64,000 nt of DNA, taken from a virus (taxonomy: Duplodnaviria; Heunggongvirae; Uroviricota; Caudoviricetes). Where the stretch lies: the IMG/VR virus record IMGVR_UViG_3300027896_000028; one strand, given 5' to 3'. Of the stretch, positions 47,622 through 55,655 are shown one piece after another (position 1 is the stretch's first letter; each line of letters begins with the position of its first letter). The position numbers and the translations under genes were made by a program. Below the pieces are notes generated by a model. That model made no database searches and was not told where the DNA came from. It saw only the letters and a program-made list of their open reading frames with translations.

Positions 47622-48905
47622 TTACTTCTTCGTCGTAGTCGTCATATCCAAGCTCAGCTCCTTGGCCGTCTTAGCCGTAAGCAGACTGATCAAGTCGGAC
47701 GCACCGCCTGCAGGTCCAGCACCTCCACCACCGAGAACGGTAGTCGGGACCCAATTGCCTTGGTACTTGGCGATGGACTCAGCATAGGCTTTATTAACCT
47801 CAACCCAAGCCGAGAGCTTCTGTTCCAATGCACCGTTAGCCTGCATGACCAACTGTGCAGCTTGCGCTTGACCTTCACCGATCAAGATCTGTGCAGCCTT
47901 GGTAGCTTCAGCAGCCTTAGCGGAGAGTTCAGCTTCATTCACTTTCTTCTGTGCGATAATGATAGCGTTCGTCATTTCAGCTTGAGCATTAAGGCGTGTG
48001 ACTTCCAGGTTCTTCTGTGCAATCGTAACTTCCTTAGCTTTGATTGCTTCCTGTTCCCACTTCGCCTGTGCAGCGCTAGCTTTACCCTGCTGTTCGATCG
48101 TCAGAGCATCCTGTTCAGCTGTCTTAGCTTTCGCAATAGCAGTCTGAACTGCCATGATTGCTTGCTGTTGGTTTGCAATCTGATTCTTAACGACATCAGA
48201 GTAAGCAATACCATCGATAGTCAAGTTGAACGTACGGAGACCGAGAACACCAATCAAGCTCGTGTCTTCACGAACCGGGTTTCCATGGCTATCCATCGAG
48301 ATGTCAACTTGGCGAACGGTCTTCTCCTGACCAGTCAACGGATCGATACTACGAACATCGCGCGACAGCGTTTTATACGCACCCTTTTCAATCTGGTCAT
48401 AAACCAAGCTCAAGAGGTCGTTACGACGAGAAGCGTACGATTCAGCAGATGACATCAACGGACCTGTCATATACACTGCTTTACCGATGTTCTTCACGAT
48501 AATCTGCTGTTCGATAGCAGAGGGTGAGCCATACGTCTTGTGCAACGTAATGACCTGATCCATTGTAGCTGGCATTTCCCAGGCCAGAGACCCAGAGATT
48601 TCAGCTTCAGCACCGTCGTTGAAACGGATGTCCAATTTCGGAATGTGATACACTCCGTCGTTATCATCTTTATCCTTGGCATTGTCGAAGTCGATCTGAC
48701 CCCGACGCGGATAGAAGGTGACTTTACCACCCCAGCGCTGGTGAATACCAGGATTGAATGATACTGTAAGAGTACCATCAATCGGGCTTTGCAGCACTGC
48801 GATTTGATTTGCGTCCTGATGATACCATGCGGTATTACACACGACGATGATTGCGATTAACGCTACTGCAGCAAGGCAGAGCCCGACGATTTGACGAGTT
48901 GTCAT
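47622..48905 (-). CDS. SPFH/band-7 domain protein with C-terminal coiled coil
   Basis: 427 aa. N-terminal TM, beta-rich core, then an Ala/Gln/Glu-rich helical tail. Confidence 0.55.
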   Translation of the reverse strand: MTTRQIVGLCLAAVALIAIIVVCNTAWYHQDANQIAVLQSPIDGTLTVSFNPGIHQRWGGKVTFYPRRGQIDFDNAKDKDDNDGVYHIPKLDIRFNDGAEAEISGSLAWEMPATMDQVITLHKTYGSPSAIEQQIIVKNIGKAVYMTGPLMSSAESYASRRNDLLSLVYDQIEKGAYKTLSRDVRSIDPLTGQEKTVRQVDISMDSHGNPVREDTSLIGVLGLRTFNLTIDGIAYSDVVKNQIANQQQAIMAVQTAIAKAKTAEQDALTIEQQGKASAAQAKWEQEAIKAKEVTIAQKNLEVTRLNAQAEMTNAIIIAQKKVNEAELSAKAAEATKAAQILIGEGQAQAAQLVMQANGALEQKLSAWVEVNKAYAESIAKYQGNWVPTTVLGGGGAGPAGGASDLISLLTAKTAKELSLDMTTTTKK

Positions 48906-48911
48906 ATTTTT

Positions 48912-49244
48912 TTATTTCTTGTTGTTTTTGTTGTTTGTTTGTTTACTACCCCGCTCTTTAGGAGCAGGAGATTCTTTGGTAGTACTGAATAGATCATCCA
49001 CTACTTTCTTCCGTTTAAGCTCAGCTTTGAGTCTGGCGATTTCAGCCTTCATCTCTTCTTCGTCCATCTCTTCTTTAACACTCGCAATTTCCTTAGCGAG
49101 TTTAGGCTTCTTACTGAAGATAGGAAACATCGGTCTATATGTAAGCAGAGGCCAGATGATTTGAGACGCAAATGTAATCAGCATGGTAGCAACCATGATG
49201 AATTCAATGAACCGTACCGGTGAACCAAATAGAATTTTGTACAT
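48912..49244 (-). CDS. membrane protein with charged C-terminal helix
   Basis: 110 aa. Confidence 0.4.
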   Translation of the reverse strand: MYKILFGSPVRFIEFIMVATMLITFASQIIWPLLTYRPMFPIFSKKPKLAKEIASVKEEMDEEEMKAEIARLKAELKRKKVVDDLFSTTKESPAPKERGSKQTNNKNNKK

Positions 49245-49350
49245 AGGAAAATGATATATGTTTTTTTGTTTTAATCAACGTCTTTTTCTACGCGGACCAG
49301 AAATAGATGTTGTGATTGTTTTGCGTATCTTATAGCTACCAACACGCTTT

Positions 49351-49749
49351 TCATACCGCCTTGTTTTTGTTATTTTCATAAAGCTCTGGGTTTTCAAACT
49401 CGTTACCGACAACAATCATATCCTGTGTCGTCATATATGCTAATTCTTTTTCTGTCTGGTCATCCCAATTACAGACGAACATACCCGCCAAAAAACTAAC
49501 CCATCCAATTCTTTTAGAAAAATCAATTCCGTATTGAATAATATCTCCCTCGTAGATCTCTTTACCATTCTTATCCTTGACTCCTGTATATTGTAGAGCG
49601 GCACAGTCATTCAATTCTTCAATACCCACTTTATCCATAAAACCACCCATGAGTATTATCTCACCGAAGAGATTGACCTCGTAACCTGGTTTATGAATCC
49701 ATTCGTTAGTCTTTGTGTTTCGCACTCTAAATTTAATTTCTCTATTCAT
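49351..49749 (-). CDS. YopX-family protein
   Basis: Track ORF trimmed to an internal Met. KEIYEGDIIQYG motif. Confidence 0.5.
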   Translation of the reverse strand: MNREIKFRVRNTKTNEWIHKPGYEVNLFGEIILMGGFMDKVGIEELNDCAALQYTGVKDKNGKEIYEGDIIQYGIDFSKRIGWVSFLAGMFVCNWDDQTEKELAYMTTQDMIVVGNEFENPELYENNKNKAV

Positions 49750-49750
49750 A

Positions 49751-50167
49751 TTATTGTAATTTCCAATATCCGTAAACTCGTCTCCATCCCTTTGTTGTGT
49801 GAATTTTGTCATCATTCATCACACCATAAATGATTGCAACGACATGCTCTCTTAAGCTACAAATGATCTTACCTCTGGGCACCTTTCCATCTTCTAGTAT
49901 GAATGAGGGGGCTGTATACCAAACAAACCCCAGCTCTTTCATGTATCGCTTAAACCAAGCAGCTCGTGTCGAGATACCATCCATCACCGTACATGATGGA
50001 GTATGGTGTATAGATTTGCGCTGCTTAGCGTTACCTTCTGCTAGTCTATTGTACACCTGCTGATAAGGTAGGCCTGTAGCGATTGCTATAGAGCGACAAA
50101 CACAGTCTCCACCCTTACTGCGATAACCAGCAGCAGCTCTACCACCATCATTGAATTTAAATTTCAT
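49751..50167 (-). CDS. hypothetical protein
   Basis: 138 aa. Confidence 0.45.
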   Translation of the reverse strand: MKFKFNDGGRAAAGYRSKGGDCVCRSIAIATGLPYQQVYNRLAEGNAKQRKSIHHTPSCTVMDGISTRAAWFKRYMKELGFVWYTAPSFILEDGKVPRGKIICSLREHVVAIIYGVMNDDKIHTTKGWRRVYGYWKLQ

Positions 50168-50742
50168 TATACAACAGGTACAACCTTTAAAATAGCGTGG
50201 TGGTGTTTGTGCATAGGCTTTGGATTAAAAGCCTTCAACTTCTTCAGCTTAGGCCTCTTCCAACCCATCTCCTCAGGAGTCTTGCTACCCTTCTTGTTAT
50301 TACGCTTCTTATGCAACAGAGCAATATTGTTAGGGTCCTTCCTGCTACCACCACGGCTAATTGGGTCAAGATGGTCAAGAGATCTATCCTCAGGAGCAAG
50401 AATCTCACCAGTTACATAATCTCTACCACCATCGCGTTCAGAGATAGTCTTTAAGTTCACCTTAGCAGAACGCTTCGGCACTCTGTCATAGTTGACAGCA
50501 ACAATAACAGTTGGCATCCTAATCCTAGATACAGTGGTGTGGAGAGTCTCTTCAGCAGAGAGTGGTTCGAGCTTAATCCAATCTTCCCACTTGACAGGGT
50601 AGTACTCATCGTCATTGCGAAAGTCAAGAGCAGTCGCAGCGTCAATGAACATCTGCTTAATAGCGTCCTCGACAGTTACCTCATTAATGAGCTGCCAGTT
50701 CGAATTAAGTACAAATACTTTGCGTCTTAGAATATCAGACAT
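50167..50742 (-). CDS. HNH endonuclease
   Basis: 191 aa. RDGGRDYVTGE...LDHLDPISRGG...NIALLHKKRN follows the HNH His-Asn-His pattern, with a basic tail. Confidence 0.65.
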   Translation of the reverse strand: MSDILRRKVFVLNSNWQLINEVTVEDAIKQMFIDAATALDFRNDDEYYPVKWEDWIKLEPLSAEETLHTTVSRIRMPTVIVAVNYDRVPKRSAKVNLKTISERDGGRDYVTGEILAPEDRSLDHLDPISRGGSRKDPNNIALLHKKRNNKKGSKTPEEMGWKRPKLKKLKAFNPKPMHKHHHAILKVVPVV

Positions 50743-50830
50743 ATTGTTAATACAAAGAATATATGGTTTTCAGTCACTAATCAACTAAATTACACCGCGA
50801 AAAACAATATTTCGGGATTAAATATCTAAA

Positions 50831-51124
50831 ATGGCCTTTACAAATCAAAATTTATGTCGCAGCTTTAATGTAGCTGTAACCAACAGCCTTGTTTCTTTAA
50901 CTGCTCAGGATTGTACTGAAGTGGTGATTTATAATCAAGGACCATCTGCAGTATTGTTATTTGATAATGGATACACAGATGCATCTAATAGCTATATTGT
51001 TGCACCCTCTGCTTCATTCACAGTCAGGGGTATTACGAATAGTTCAGCGTTGAGCGCCCAGAGCATAGGGACATCTCAAGTGTATTACCGTACTCAGTAT
51101 TATCATGCACACGTGATTCGGTAA
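50831..51124 (+). CDS. hypothetical protein
   Basis: 97 aa. Confidence 0.45.
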   Translation: MAFTNQNLCRSFNVAVTNSLVSLTAQDCTEVVIYNQGPSAVLLFDNGYTDASNSYIVAPSASFTVRGITNSSALSAQSIGTSQVYYRTQYYHAHVIR

Positions 51125-51143
51125 GATTTCTAAACACAAAAAA

Positions 51144-51176
51144 AGCCTGTAGATTTCTCTACAGGCTTTTTTATTT
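51144..51176 (+). terminator. rho-independent terminator
   Basis: 10-bp stem AGCCTGTAGA/TCTACAGGCT followed by TTTTTTATTT, immediately after the stop of 50831..51124. Confidence 0.7.
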
Positions 51177-51283
51177 GGTCACCTCGACTAGACTCCCACT
51201 AGCATCTTCAACGTTAGGACCGTTGCGCTCTATTAAATTGAGCTACGAGGTGAAAAAGTGATTTTTAAGACTAAATATTTGAT

Positions 51284-51745
51284 ATGGCAACTATACGTCG
51301 TTCAGAAGAAAAGGTGCTCTCAGAAGCATACACTCAAGTTTTAAACACCGAAGGCTTCTTTGATCGAGTTGCTGCTACCGGAGCGGGTGTTATGCAGACA
51401 GCTAAGAATGTTGGTTCTGGTATTAAAGCTACTGGACAAGCTCTTACTGGTAATCTCGCAGGTGCACAAGCAACTGTTGCTAAAATGTCACCAGCAGACG
51501 ATGCTAAGATGCAATCTATTTTAAAGAATTCAGCTAAAAACTTTCTTACGGACATCTTCAAGCTTAAATTGATACCAGGTGCAGAAAATCTTCAACCACA
51601 GGATGTTGATATTAAGGCATTCATCACTGCTGTTGAACCTTTCCTTCAACAGTTAAAGGCTTCAAAGGCACCGGCTCCAGCCGCACCAGCAACTGGAACA
51701 ACTCCAGCAACTCCGGCCGCACCAGCAACTCCACCGGTAGCTTAA
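51284..51745 (+). CDS. Ala/Pro-rich protein
   Basis: 153 aa with a C-terminal PAAPATGTTPATPAAPATPP low-complexity tail. Confidence 0.5.
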   Translation: MATIRRSEEKVLSEAYTQVLNTEGFFDRVAATGAGVMQTAKNVGSGIKATGQALTGNLAGAQATVAKMSPADDAKMQSILKNSAKNFLTDIFKLKLIPGAENLQPQDVDIKAFITAVEPFLQQLKASKAPAPAAPATGTTPATPAAPATPPVA

Positions 51746-51749
51746 TAAA

Positions 51750-51782
51750 TGGCGGATGAGGAGGGAGTTCCACCCCCGGACG
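51750..51782 (-). other. tRNA 3'-end fragment (T-arm + acceptor 3' strand + CCA; Ser-like)
   Basis: The minus strand reads GGGGG-TGGAACT-CCCTC-CTCATCC-G-CCA. This closely resembles the 3' end of tRNA-Ser at 63778..63871. There is no 5' partner. Confidence 0.35.
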
Positions 51783-51847
51783 TTTTTTAGGCGTCGACTG
51801 TTTAGCAAACAGTTGTGTAAATGTGACATACACGTCTCATCCAAAAA

Positions 51848-51923
51848 TGGTACCCTAGGCCGGTCTTGCACCGGCACTTGACAGATTTTAAGTCTGTTGA
51901 CTCTGCTTTTGGTCTACTAGGGC
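51848..51923 (-). tRNA. tRNA-like gene, anticodon UAA (Leu-type anticodon but class I length; non-canonical D/T loops)
   Basis: 76 nt with an encoded CCA. Acceptor GCCCTAG/CTAGGGT (G1-U72), D-loop AAAAGCAG without GG, anticodon stem ACAGA/TCTGT, loop CUUAAAA, T-arm GCCGG-TGCAAGA-CCGGC, discriminator A. Confidence 0.55.
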
Positions 51924-52012
51924 GTCAAATAAACTCCCCCAGGATTACGCTTTGTTATAGGCCTCAGGGTCACCTGATTATTAGCTTTACAAGAGGCGCT
52001 GGAGGATTAAAA

Positions 52013-52089
52013 TGGTACTCCGGGTAGGACTTGCACCTACAACATTTGAGGTTTGAGCTCAACGACTCTTCTAATTGGTCTACCGGAGC
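52013..52089 (-). tRNA. tRNA-like gene, anticodon CAA (Leu-type anticodon, class I length; non-canonical D/T loops)
   Basis: 77 nt with CCA. Acceptor GCTCCGG/CCGGAGT (G1-U72), anticodon stem TTGAG/CTCAA, loop CUCAAAC, T-arm GTAGG-TGCAAGT-CCTAC, A73. Confidence 0.55.
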
Positions 52090-52090
52090 A

Positions 52091-52600
52091 TTAGTTGCTA
52101 CTAAAATCAGGATCAGTGAAATGAACGTGACCAGTCTTGTAATGTCTACGAGCTATTATCACATTTTCAAGTTCATTGATTGCATTCTTATCCGCTTCAA
52201 CTGTTTTAAATTGCTTGGTCGCTAACGACGTAATCAAGGGTATCGCTTGCTTTTGTACACCCTGTACAAACTCTTGAATTTTATCTAACTCTTCAGGGCT
52301 GAGAGTAGTTGGATCAAGTTTTAAGTGCTCTGATATATCGAGAAGAGCATCACCTAAGAGTCTACTAGTTATATCATCTACAACAATGTGGCTAGTAAAG
52401 AACCCTGCAGCGTCTCTAATCTCACCAGCAGCACAACTAGCGGCTACTTCTTCCTTTTCGTAATACTCACCTTCGATAATATCCTCTATTACTTTAAGAG
52501 TTCTGTCAATCAACATTCGAGGTGTAATATACCGCTGAGCATACTTCATCAGATCTTTACCGTTGTATGCTTCATTTATTAGATGATTGTCCAAGTTCAT
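52091..52600 (-). CDS. hypothetical protein
   Basis: 169 aa, acidic. Confidence 0.5.
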   Translation of the reverse strand: MNLDNHLINEAYNGKDLMKYAQRYITPRMLIDRTLKVIEDIIEGEYYEKEEVAASCAAGEIRDAAGFFTSHIVVDDITSRLLGDALLDISEHLKLDPTTLSPEELDKIQEFVQGVQKQAIPLITSLATKQFKTVEADKNAINELENVIIARRHYKTGHVHFTDPDFSSN

Positions 52601-52619
52601 AATATTATTTAGGCAAAAG

Positions 52620-52675
52620 TGGTCCTCCCAGCGAGACTCACACTCGCAACCTAGCCCTTATCGAGGGGTAGCTCT
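52620..52675 (-). other. tRNA 3' half (class II: anticodon-stem 3' strand, long variable arm, T-arm, acceptor, CCA)
   Basis: The minus strand reads GAGCT-ACCCCTCGATAAGGGCTAGG-GCGAG-TGTGAGT-CTCGC-TGGGAGG-A-CCA. It pairs with the 5' half at 53171..53200 (acceptor CCTCCTG/TGGGAGG and anticodon stem AGCTC/GAGCT). Confidence 0.45.
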
Positions 52676-52688
52676 ATTAAATAATTAT

Positions 52689-53087
52689 ATGAAGACATCT
52701 AATTGTTTAAATTGTAAAGTAACATTTAATTATAATGGCTCTAACTATCATGGTAAGTATTGCTCAAATAAATGCCAAGGAGAGTATAGACAGAAGCAAT
52801 ATCTGATAAATCTCAAATCTGGAGCATTAAACGGTAAGACTATAAATAGACCTAGTGTATATGCTCATTTAGTTCGTGAGAACGGTAATAGATGCGCTAT
52901 ATGCCTTACAGAAGGTATATGGAATGAAAAACCGTTGAGGTTATGGGTAGATCATATAGACGGCAATGCCTCCAATAATACCTGGACTAATTTTAGATTA
53001 ATATGTCCTAACTGTGAATCACAGTTAGATACATGCAGAGCTAAGAATAAAGGTAAGGGCAGAAAAGCCATCGGTATGAAATGGTAG
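52689..53087 (+). CDS. HNH homing endonuclease
   Basis: Track ORF 52587..53087; ATG chosen at MKTSNCLNC. N-terminal Cys4 finger, then NRCAICL...WVDHIDGNASNNTWTNFRLICPNCES (HNH). Its stop overlaps the 3' end of the tRNA at 53082. Confidence 0.7.
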   Translation: MKTSNCLNCKVTFNYNGSNYHGKYCSNKCQGEYRQKQYLINLKSGALNGKTINRPSVYAHLVRENGNRCAICLTEGIWNEKPLRLWVDHIDGNASNNTWTNFRLICPNCESQLDTCRAKNKGKGRKAIGMKW

Positions 53088-53156
53088 TCCTGGCAGGATT
53101 TTCGCCCGCAACCTGAGGGTTATATGCCCACTGCTCTAAAATTGAGCTACAGGACC
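53082..53156 (-). tRNA. tRNA-like gene, anticodon loop CAUAUAA (UAU, Ile-like, if canonical numbering applies)
   Basis: 75 nt with CCA. Acceptor GGTCCTG/CAGGACT (G1-U72), D-arm GCTC-AATTTTA-GAGC (TT in place of GG), T-loop CGAAAAT. A sits at position 33, which is atypical. Confidence 0.45.
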
Positions 53157-53170
53157 GTTAAATTTATAAA

Positions 53171-53200
53171 GAGCTTGCTCTACAATTGAGCTACAGGAGG
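53171..53200 (-). other. tRNA 5' half (acceptor 5' strand, D-arm, anticodon-stem 5' strand)
   Basis: The minus strand reads CCTCCTG-TA-GCTC-AATTGTA-GAGC-A-AGCTC. It is followed directly by an intact tRNA and is complementary to the 3' half at 52620..52675. Confidence 0.4.
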
Positions 53201-53203
53201 AAA

Positions 53204-53279
53204 TGGTAGACACGACAGGTCTTGCACCCGCACTAAGCCGGTCCTAAGCCGACTGCCTCTGCTTTTGGGCTACGTGTCC
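53204..53279 (-). tRNA. tRNA-like gene, anticodon UAG (Leu-type anticodon, class I length)
   Basis: 76 nt with CCA. Acceptor GGACACG/CGTGTCT (G1-U72), D-loop AAAAGCAGA, anticodon stem GTCGG/CCGGC, loop CUUAGGA, T-loop TGCAAGA, A73. Confidence 0.55.
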
Positions 53280-53286
53280 ATTAAAA

Positions 53287-53362
53287 TGGCAGCCTGTGAA
53301 GGACTTGCACCCTCAATTACCGTTCCGAAGACGGTAGTGATATCTAATTTCACCAACAGGCC
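53287..53362 (-). tRNA. tRNA-Arg (anticodon UCG), non-canonical D/T loops
   Basis: 76 nt with CCA. Acceptor GGCCTGT/ACAGGCT (G1-U72), D-arm GTGA-AATTAGATA-TCAC, anticodon stem ACCGT/ACGGT, loop CUUCGGA, T-arm GAGGG-TGCAAGT-CCTTC, G73. Confidence 0.6.
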
Positions 53363-53441
53363 ATGGAGCTGAATGTCGGTAATGCTCCGACTTATCTAGT
53401 TTACGAAACTAGTGCATCACTTTATATGCTTATCCAGCAAA

Positions 53442-54077
53442 TCAACTCTTTATATATTTAGAAGGAGGAAACTCTTCGTGGTAGTGATTTACACCACTTG
53501 TAAATAAACTCTTGTATGTATCATTCTTACCTAAACTAAGCAACCACTTTTCAGATGAATAATAATCAGTTGTATCACAGGTTGGCAACTGTTTGATATA
53601 CGAACTCTTTGCCCACCAAAAATTACCTGAGTAGTGTAATCCAAAACCAGGTGCATCCTGTTTATTAACACCAACTGTATTCATCTCCTCCAAAGCTTTA
53701 AAACACTCTTTCCACTCTTCTATAAGAAAGTACTCCATATAAGCTATCCAGCTATTAACAGGTACACTATCACATTTAGTAACACCTTTCGAGTGGATAT
53801 AAAGTATATTAGCTTCTGATTCTAAGTTTCGGCAAAACTCTCTAATGTAGTTAGTTGTTAACGATTCATTAGAAAACATAACCGGTGACAAACTGATAAC
53901 CTCTATCTTCGGATGCACTTTAAACTTCGGTGCATTTGACATATCACCGTTCAAGGAAACATATATCTTATCTACTGCGTCAATGAGACCACTCGATACG
54001 ATTTTATTATACGTCTTCAGGAAGCGTTCGTGGTAATCGTTTAAAGTTGATGAATGATAAAATATGTAACTTTGCAT
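53442..54077 (-). CDS. hypothetical protein
   Basis: 211 aa. Confidence 0.5.
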   Translation of the reverse strand: MQSYIFYHSSTLNDYHERFLKTYNKIVSSGLIDAVDKIYVSLNGDMSNAPKFKVHPKIEVISLSPVMFSNESLTTNYIREFCRNLESEANILYIHSKGVTKCDSVPVNSWIAYMEYFLIEEWKECFKALEEMNTVGVNKQDAPGFGLHYSGNFWWAKSSYIKQLPTCDTTDYYSSEKWLLSLGKNDTYKSLFTSGVNHYHEEFPPSKYIKS

Positions 54078-54131
54078 ATGGTTATTTTATAACATCTCTA
54101 TTTGTTATCAACTTTAATAAATGGCGGGAAA

Positions 54132-54392
54132 TTAATCAGGTTCAATGAATGATAAATCGTTTTGAAACCAAGATTCACCTTCATGATGTTTACAGCACTT
54201 ATTTGAGCAATAACCCCACCAATCTCCTTCATATTGAGGATGATCTTTGGTATCCCAATTACAGCAAACATGGATGATAGGCCAACCACAATCTTTGCAA
54301 TGTATACCTTCTGAAATTTCTATCGTCTCTGTGCTAGTTTTATATTTCAACTTATGCATAAATGGTGGGAATGATAGGATTTGCACATACAC
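54132..54392 (-). CDS. Cys/His-rich small protein
   Basis: 86 aa with CKDCGW...HVCCNW...CSNKCCKHHEG. Confidence 0.4.
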   Translation of the reverse strand: MYVQILSFPPFMHKLKYKTSTETIEISEGIHCKDCGWPIIHVCCNWDTKDHPQYEGDWWGYCSNKCCKHHEGESWFQNDLSFIEPD

Positions 54393-54446
54393 TGTTTACC
54401 TCCTCAAGGTAACGTCTCCTGCTAGTTGGACTACATTCCCGTAAAT

Positions 54447-54523
54447 TGGTGCGCTCGGAGGTAGTTGCAACCTCACCATATCCGGTTAAGAGCCGGGTGC
54501 CGGTCTACTGTAGCTTCAGGCGC
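54447..54523 (-). tRNA. tRNA-like element (anticodon loop CUCUUAA, CUU Lys-like); poor D-arm
   Basis: Ends in ACCA. T-arm GAGGT-TGCAACT-ACCTC, anticodon stem CCGG/CCGG, acceptor with one mismatch. The D-arm cannot be folded canonically. Confidence 0.3.
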
Positions 54524-54529
54524 ATTAAA

Positions 54530-54952
54530 TTATAACGACGATATACTCTGCGATAAGGCTGATTGTTTAAATGCTTCCATCTCTTCTTTGCTTGGTCGCA
54601 CTTCGACTCTTTCAGTCTTAAATTCTAGGTTAATAGACATATCAACATCAGAACCATCCAATGCTTTGATAGTCTTACCTTTAACAGGTCTCTCGTAAAC
54701 ACATTGCATATAGAAGACTTTGCCCATCTTCTTTGGTTTGATATCATCTAGTTGTTTACCTATCTCGAGCTGCTCTGTAAACCACTTATCACCGTCACGC
54801 ATTTCTTTCGGGCGCCCATTAGAAAAGTGAGCATTGAAGTATTCGAGGAGTTCTTCCTTTGTACCGACTAATATTTCAGCTTTTTGTATCATGGAATCAA
54901 TATAACAGATAAAGATATAAATGCAACTGAAGTTTAGAAATGGTCGCAGCAC
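54530..54952 (-). CDS. hypothetical protein
   Basis: 140 aa. GTG start, N-terminal hydrophobic segment. Confidence 0.45.
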   Translation of the reverse strand: MLRPFLNFSCIYIFICYIDSMIQKAEILVGTKEELLEYFNAHFSNGRPKEMRDGDKWFTEQLEIGKQLDDIKPKKMGKVFYMQCVYERPVKGKTIKALDGSDVDMSINLEFKTERVEVRPSKEEMEAFKQSALSQSISSL

Positions 54953-55015
54953 CCGGTGCTACCCCGGACTGAACTGGCTTATGAAACCTGCTCGATCGTT
55001 GGATCTACTGCGAAA

Positions 55016-55090
55016 TGGAGCCACCAGAAGGATATGCACCTTCCTGTCTGACTTACCAAGTCAGTTCATCGCTGTCTATGAGTTGGCGGC
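55016..55090 (-). tRNA. tRNA-Thr (anticodon GGU), non-canonical D/T loops
   Basis: 75 nt with CCA. Acceptor GCCGCCA/TGGTGGC, D-arm TCAT-AGACAGCG-ATGA, anticodon stem CTGAC/GTCAG, loop UUGGUAA, T-arm GAAGG-TGCATAT-CCTTC, U73. Confidence 0.6.
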
Positions 55091-55097
55091 GTTGTGA

Positions 55098-55499
55098 TTA
55101 ACAATTAATCAAATCAATATTCTGATCACCTGCAATGTTTACCAACCCGTTATCACCTGCGATGTTAAACAACTGACATGAATCACCAGGTGTTGGAGTA
55201 GGTGTTGGGGTAGGTGTGATCTCTGTCGGTGTCGGAGTCGGCAAAATCTCTGTCGGTGTTGGTGTGATCTCTGTCGGTGTCGGAGTCGGCAAAATCTCTG
55301 TCGGTGTTGGTGTGGTACCTGGTGTGGGTGGAACGTACAAGGTATGGCCTACTGTAGTAGCAGATGTGTTAGATATCTTAGGTTGTATACCTCTTGCTCT
55401 TCCACCAGCTCGCACTGATGCCGCTGCAGCTATTCTCGCCTCTGAACGCGTAGCTCTTGCTATTCTAATACTATCAAATTGTGATGGTGACTGTGCCAT
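55098..55499 (-). CDS. Pro/Thr-repeat protein
   Basis: 133 aa with TPTPTEILPTPTPTEITP tandem repeats. Encoded by a perfect 2 x 48-bp DNA tandem duplication. Confidence 0.5.
   Translation of the reverse strand: MAQSPSQFDSIRIARATRSEARIAAAASVRAGGRARGIQPKISNTSATTVGHTLYVPPTPGTTPTPTEILPTPTPTEITPTPTEILPTPTPTEITPTPTPTPTPGDSCQLFNIAGDNGLVNIAGDQNIDLINC
55213..55308. repeat. perfect 48-bp tandem duplication (2 copies)
   Basis: ggtgtgatctctgtcggtgtcggagtcggcaaaatctctgtcggtgtt occurs twice, back to back. Confidence 0.8.
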
Positions 55500-55518
55500 A
55501 CATATATTTATCTAAAAC

Positions 55519-55592
55519 TGGAGCTCAGTATTGGATTTGATCCGTCGTTTCAGTCTTACCAAGACCGTGTTCTGCTATTGAACTAACAAGGC
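55519..55592 (-). other. chimeric tRNA-like element (Thr-GGU-like 5' two-thirds + unrelated T-arm/acceptor 3' end with CCA)
   Basis: The 5' part is GCCTTGT-TA-GTTC-AATAGCA-GAAC-A-CGGTC-UUGGUAA-GACTG. The 3' part GGATCAAATCCAATACTGAGC-T-CCA does not pair with the 5' acceptor strand. Confidence 0.35.
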
Positions 55593-55595
55593 AAA

Positions 55596-55624
55596 TGGAG
55601 CTCAATATTGGATTTGCACCAATG
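55596..55624 (-). other. tRNA 3'-end fragment (T-arm ATTGG-TGCAAAT-CCAAT + acceptor 3' strand ATTGAGC + U + CCA)
   Basis: A direct repeat of the 3' end of the chimera. There is no 5' partner adjacent. Confidence 0.35.
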
Positions 55625-55655
55625 AATAATCGTTTTGAGTTCATTAAATAATTAT

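Noticed and set aside
47760-48452. 230-aa plus-strand ORF
   Set aside because: It is antisense to the SPFH-domain gene and is Leu/Ser/Cys-rich low-complexity translation.
54941-55013. tRNA-like sequence ending in CCA just upstream of tRNA-Thr(GGU)
   Set aside because: The D-arm, anticodon arm and T-arm cannot be folded canonically. The terminal GTGCTGCGACCA is actually the GTG start and first codons of ORF 54530..54952 on the same strand. It was treated as a coincidental or decayed relic.
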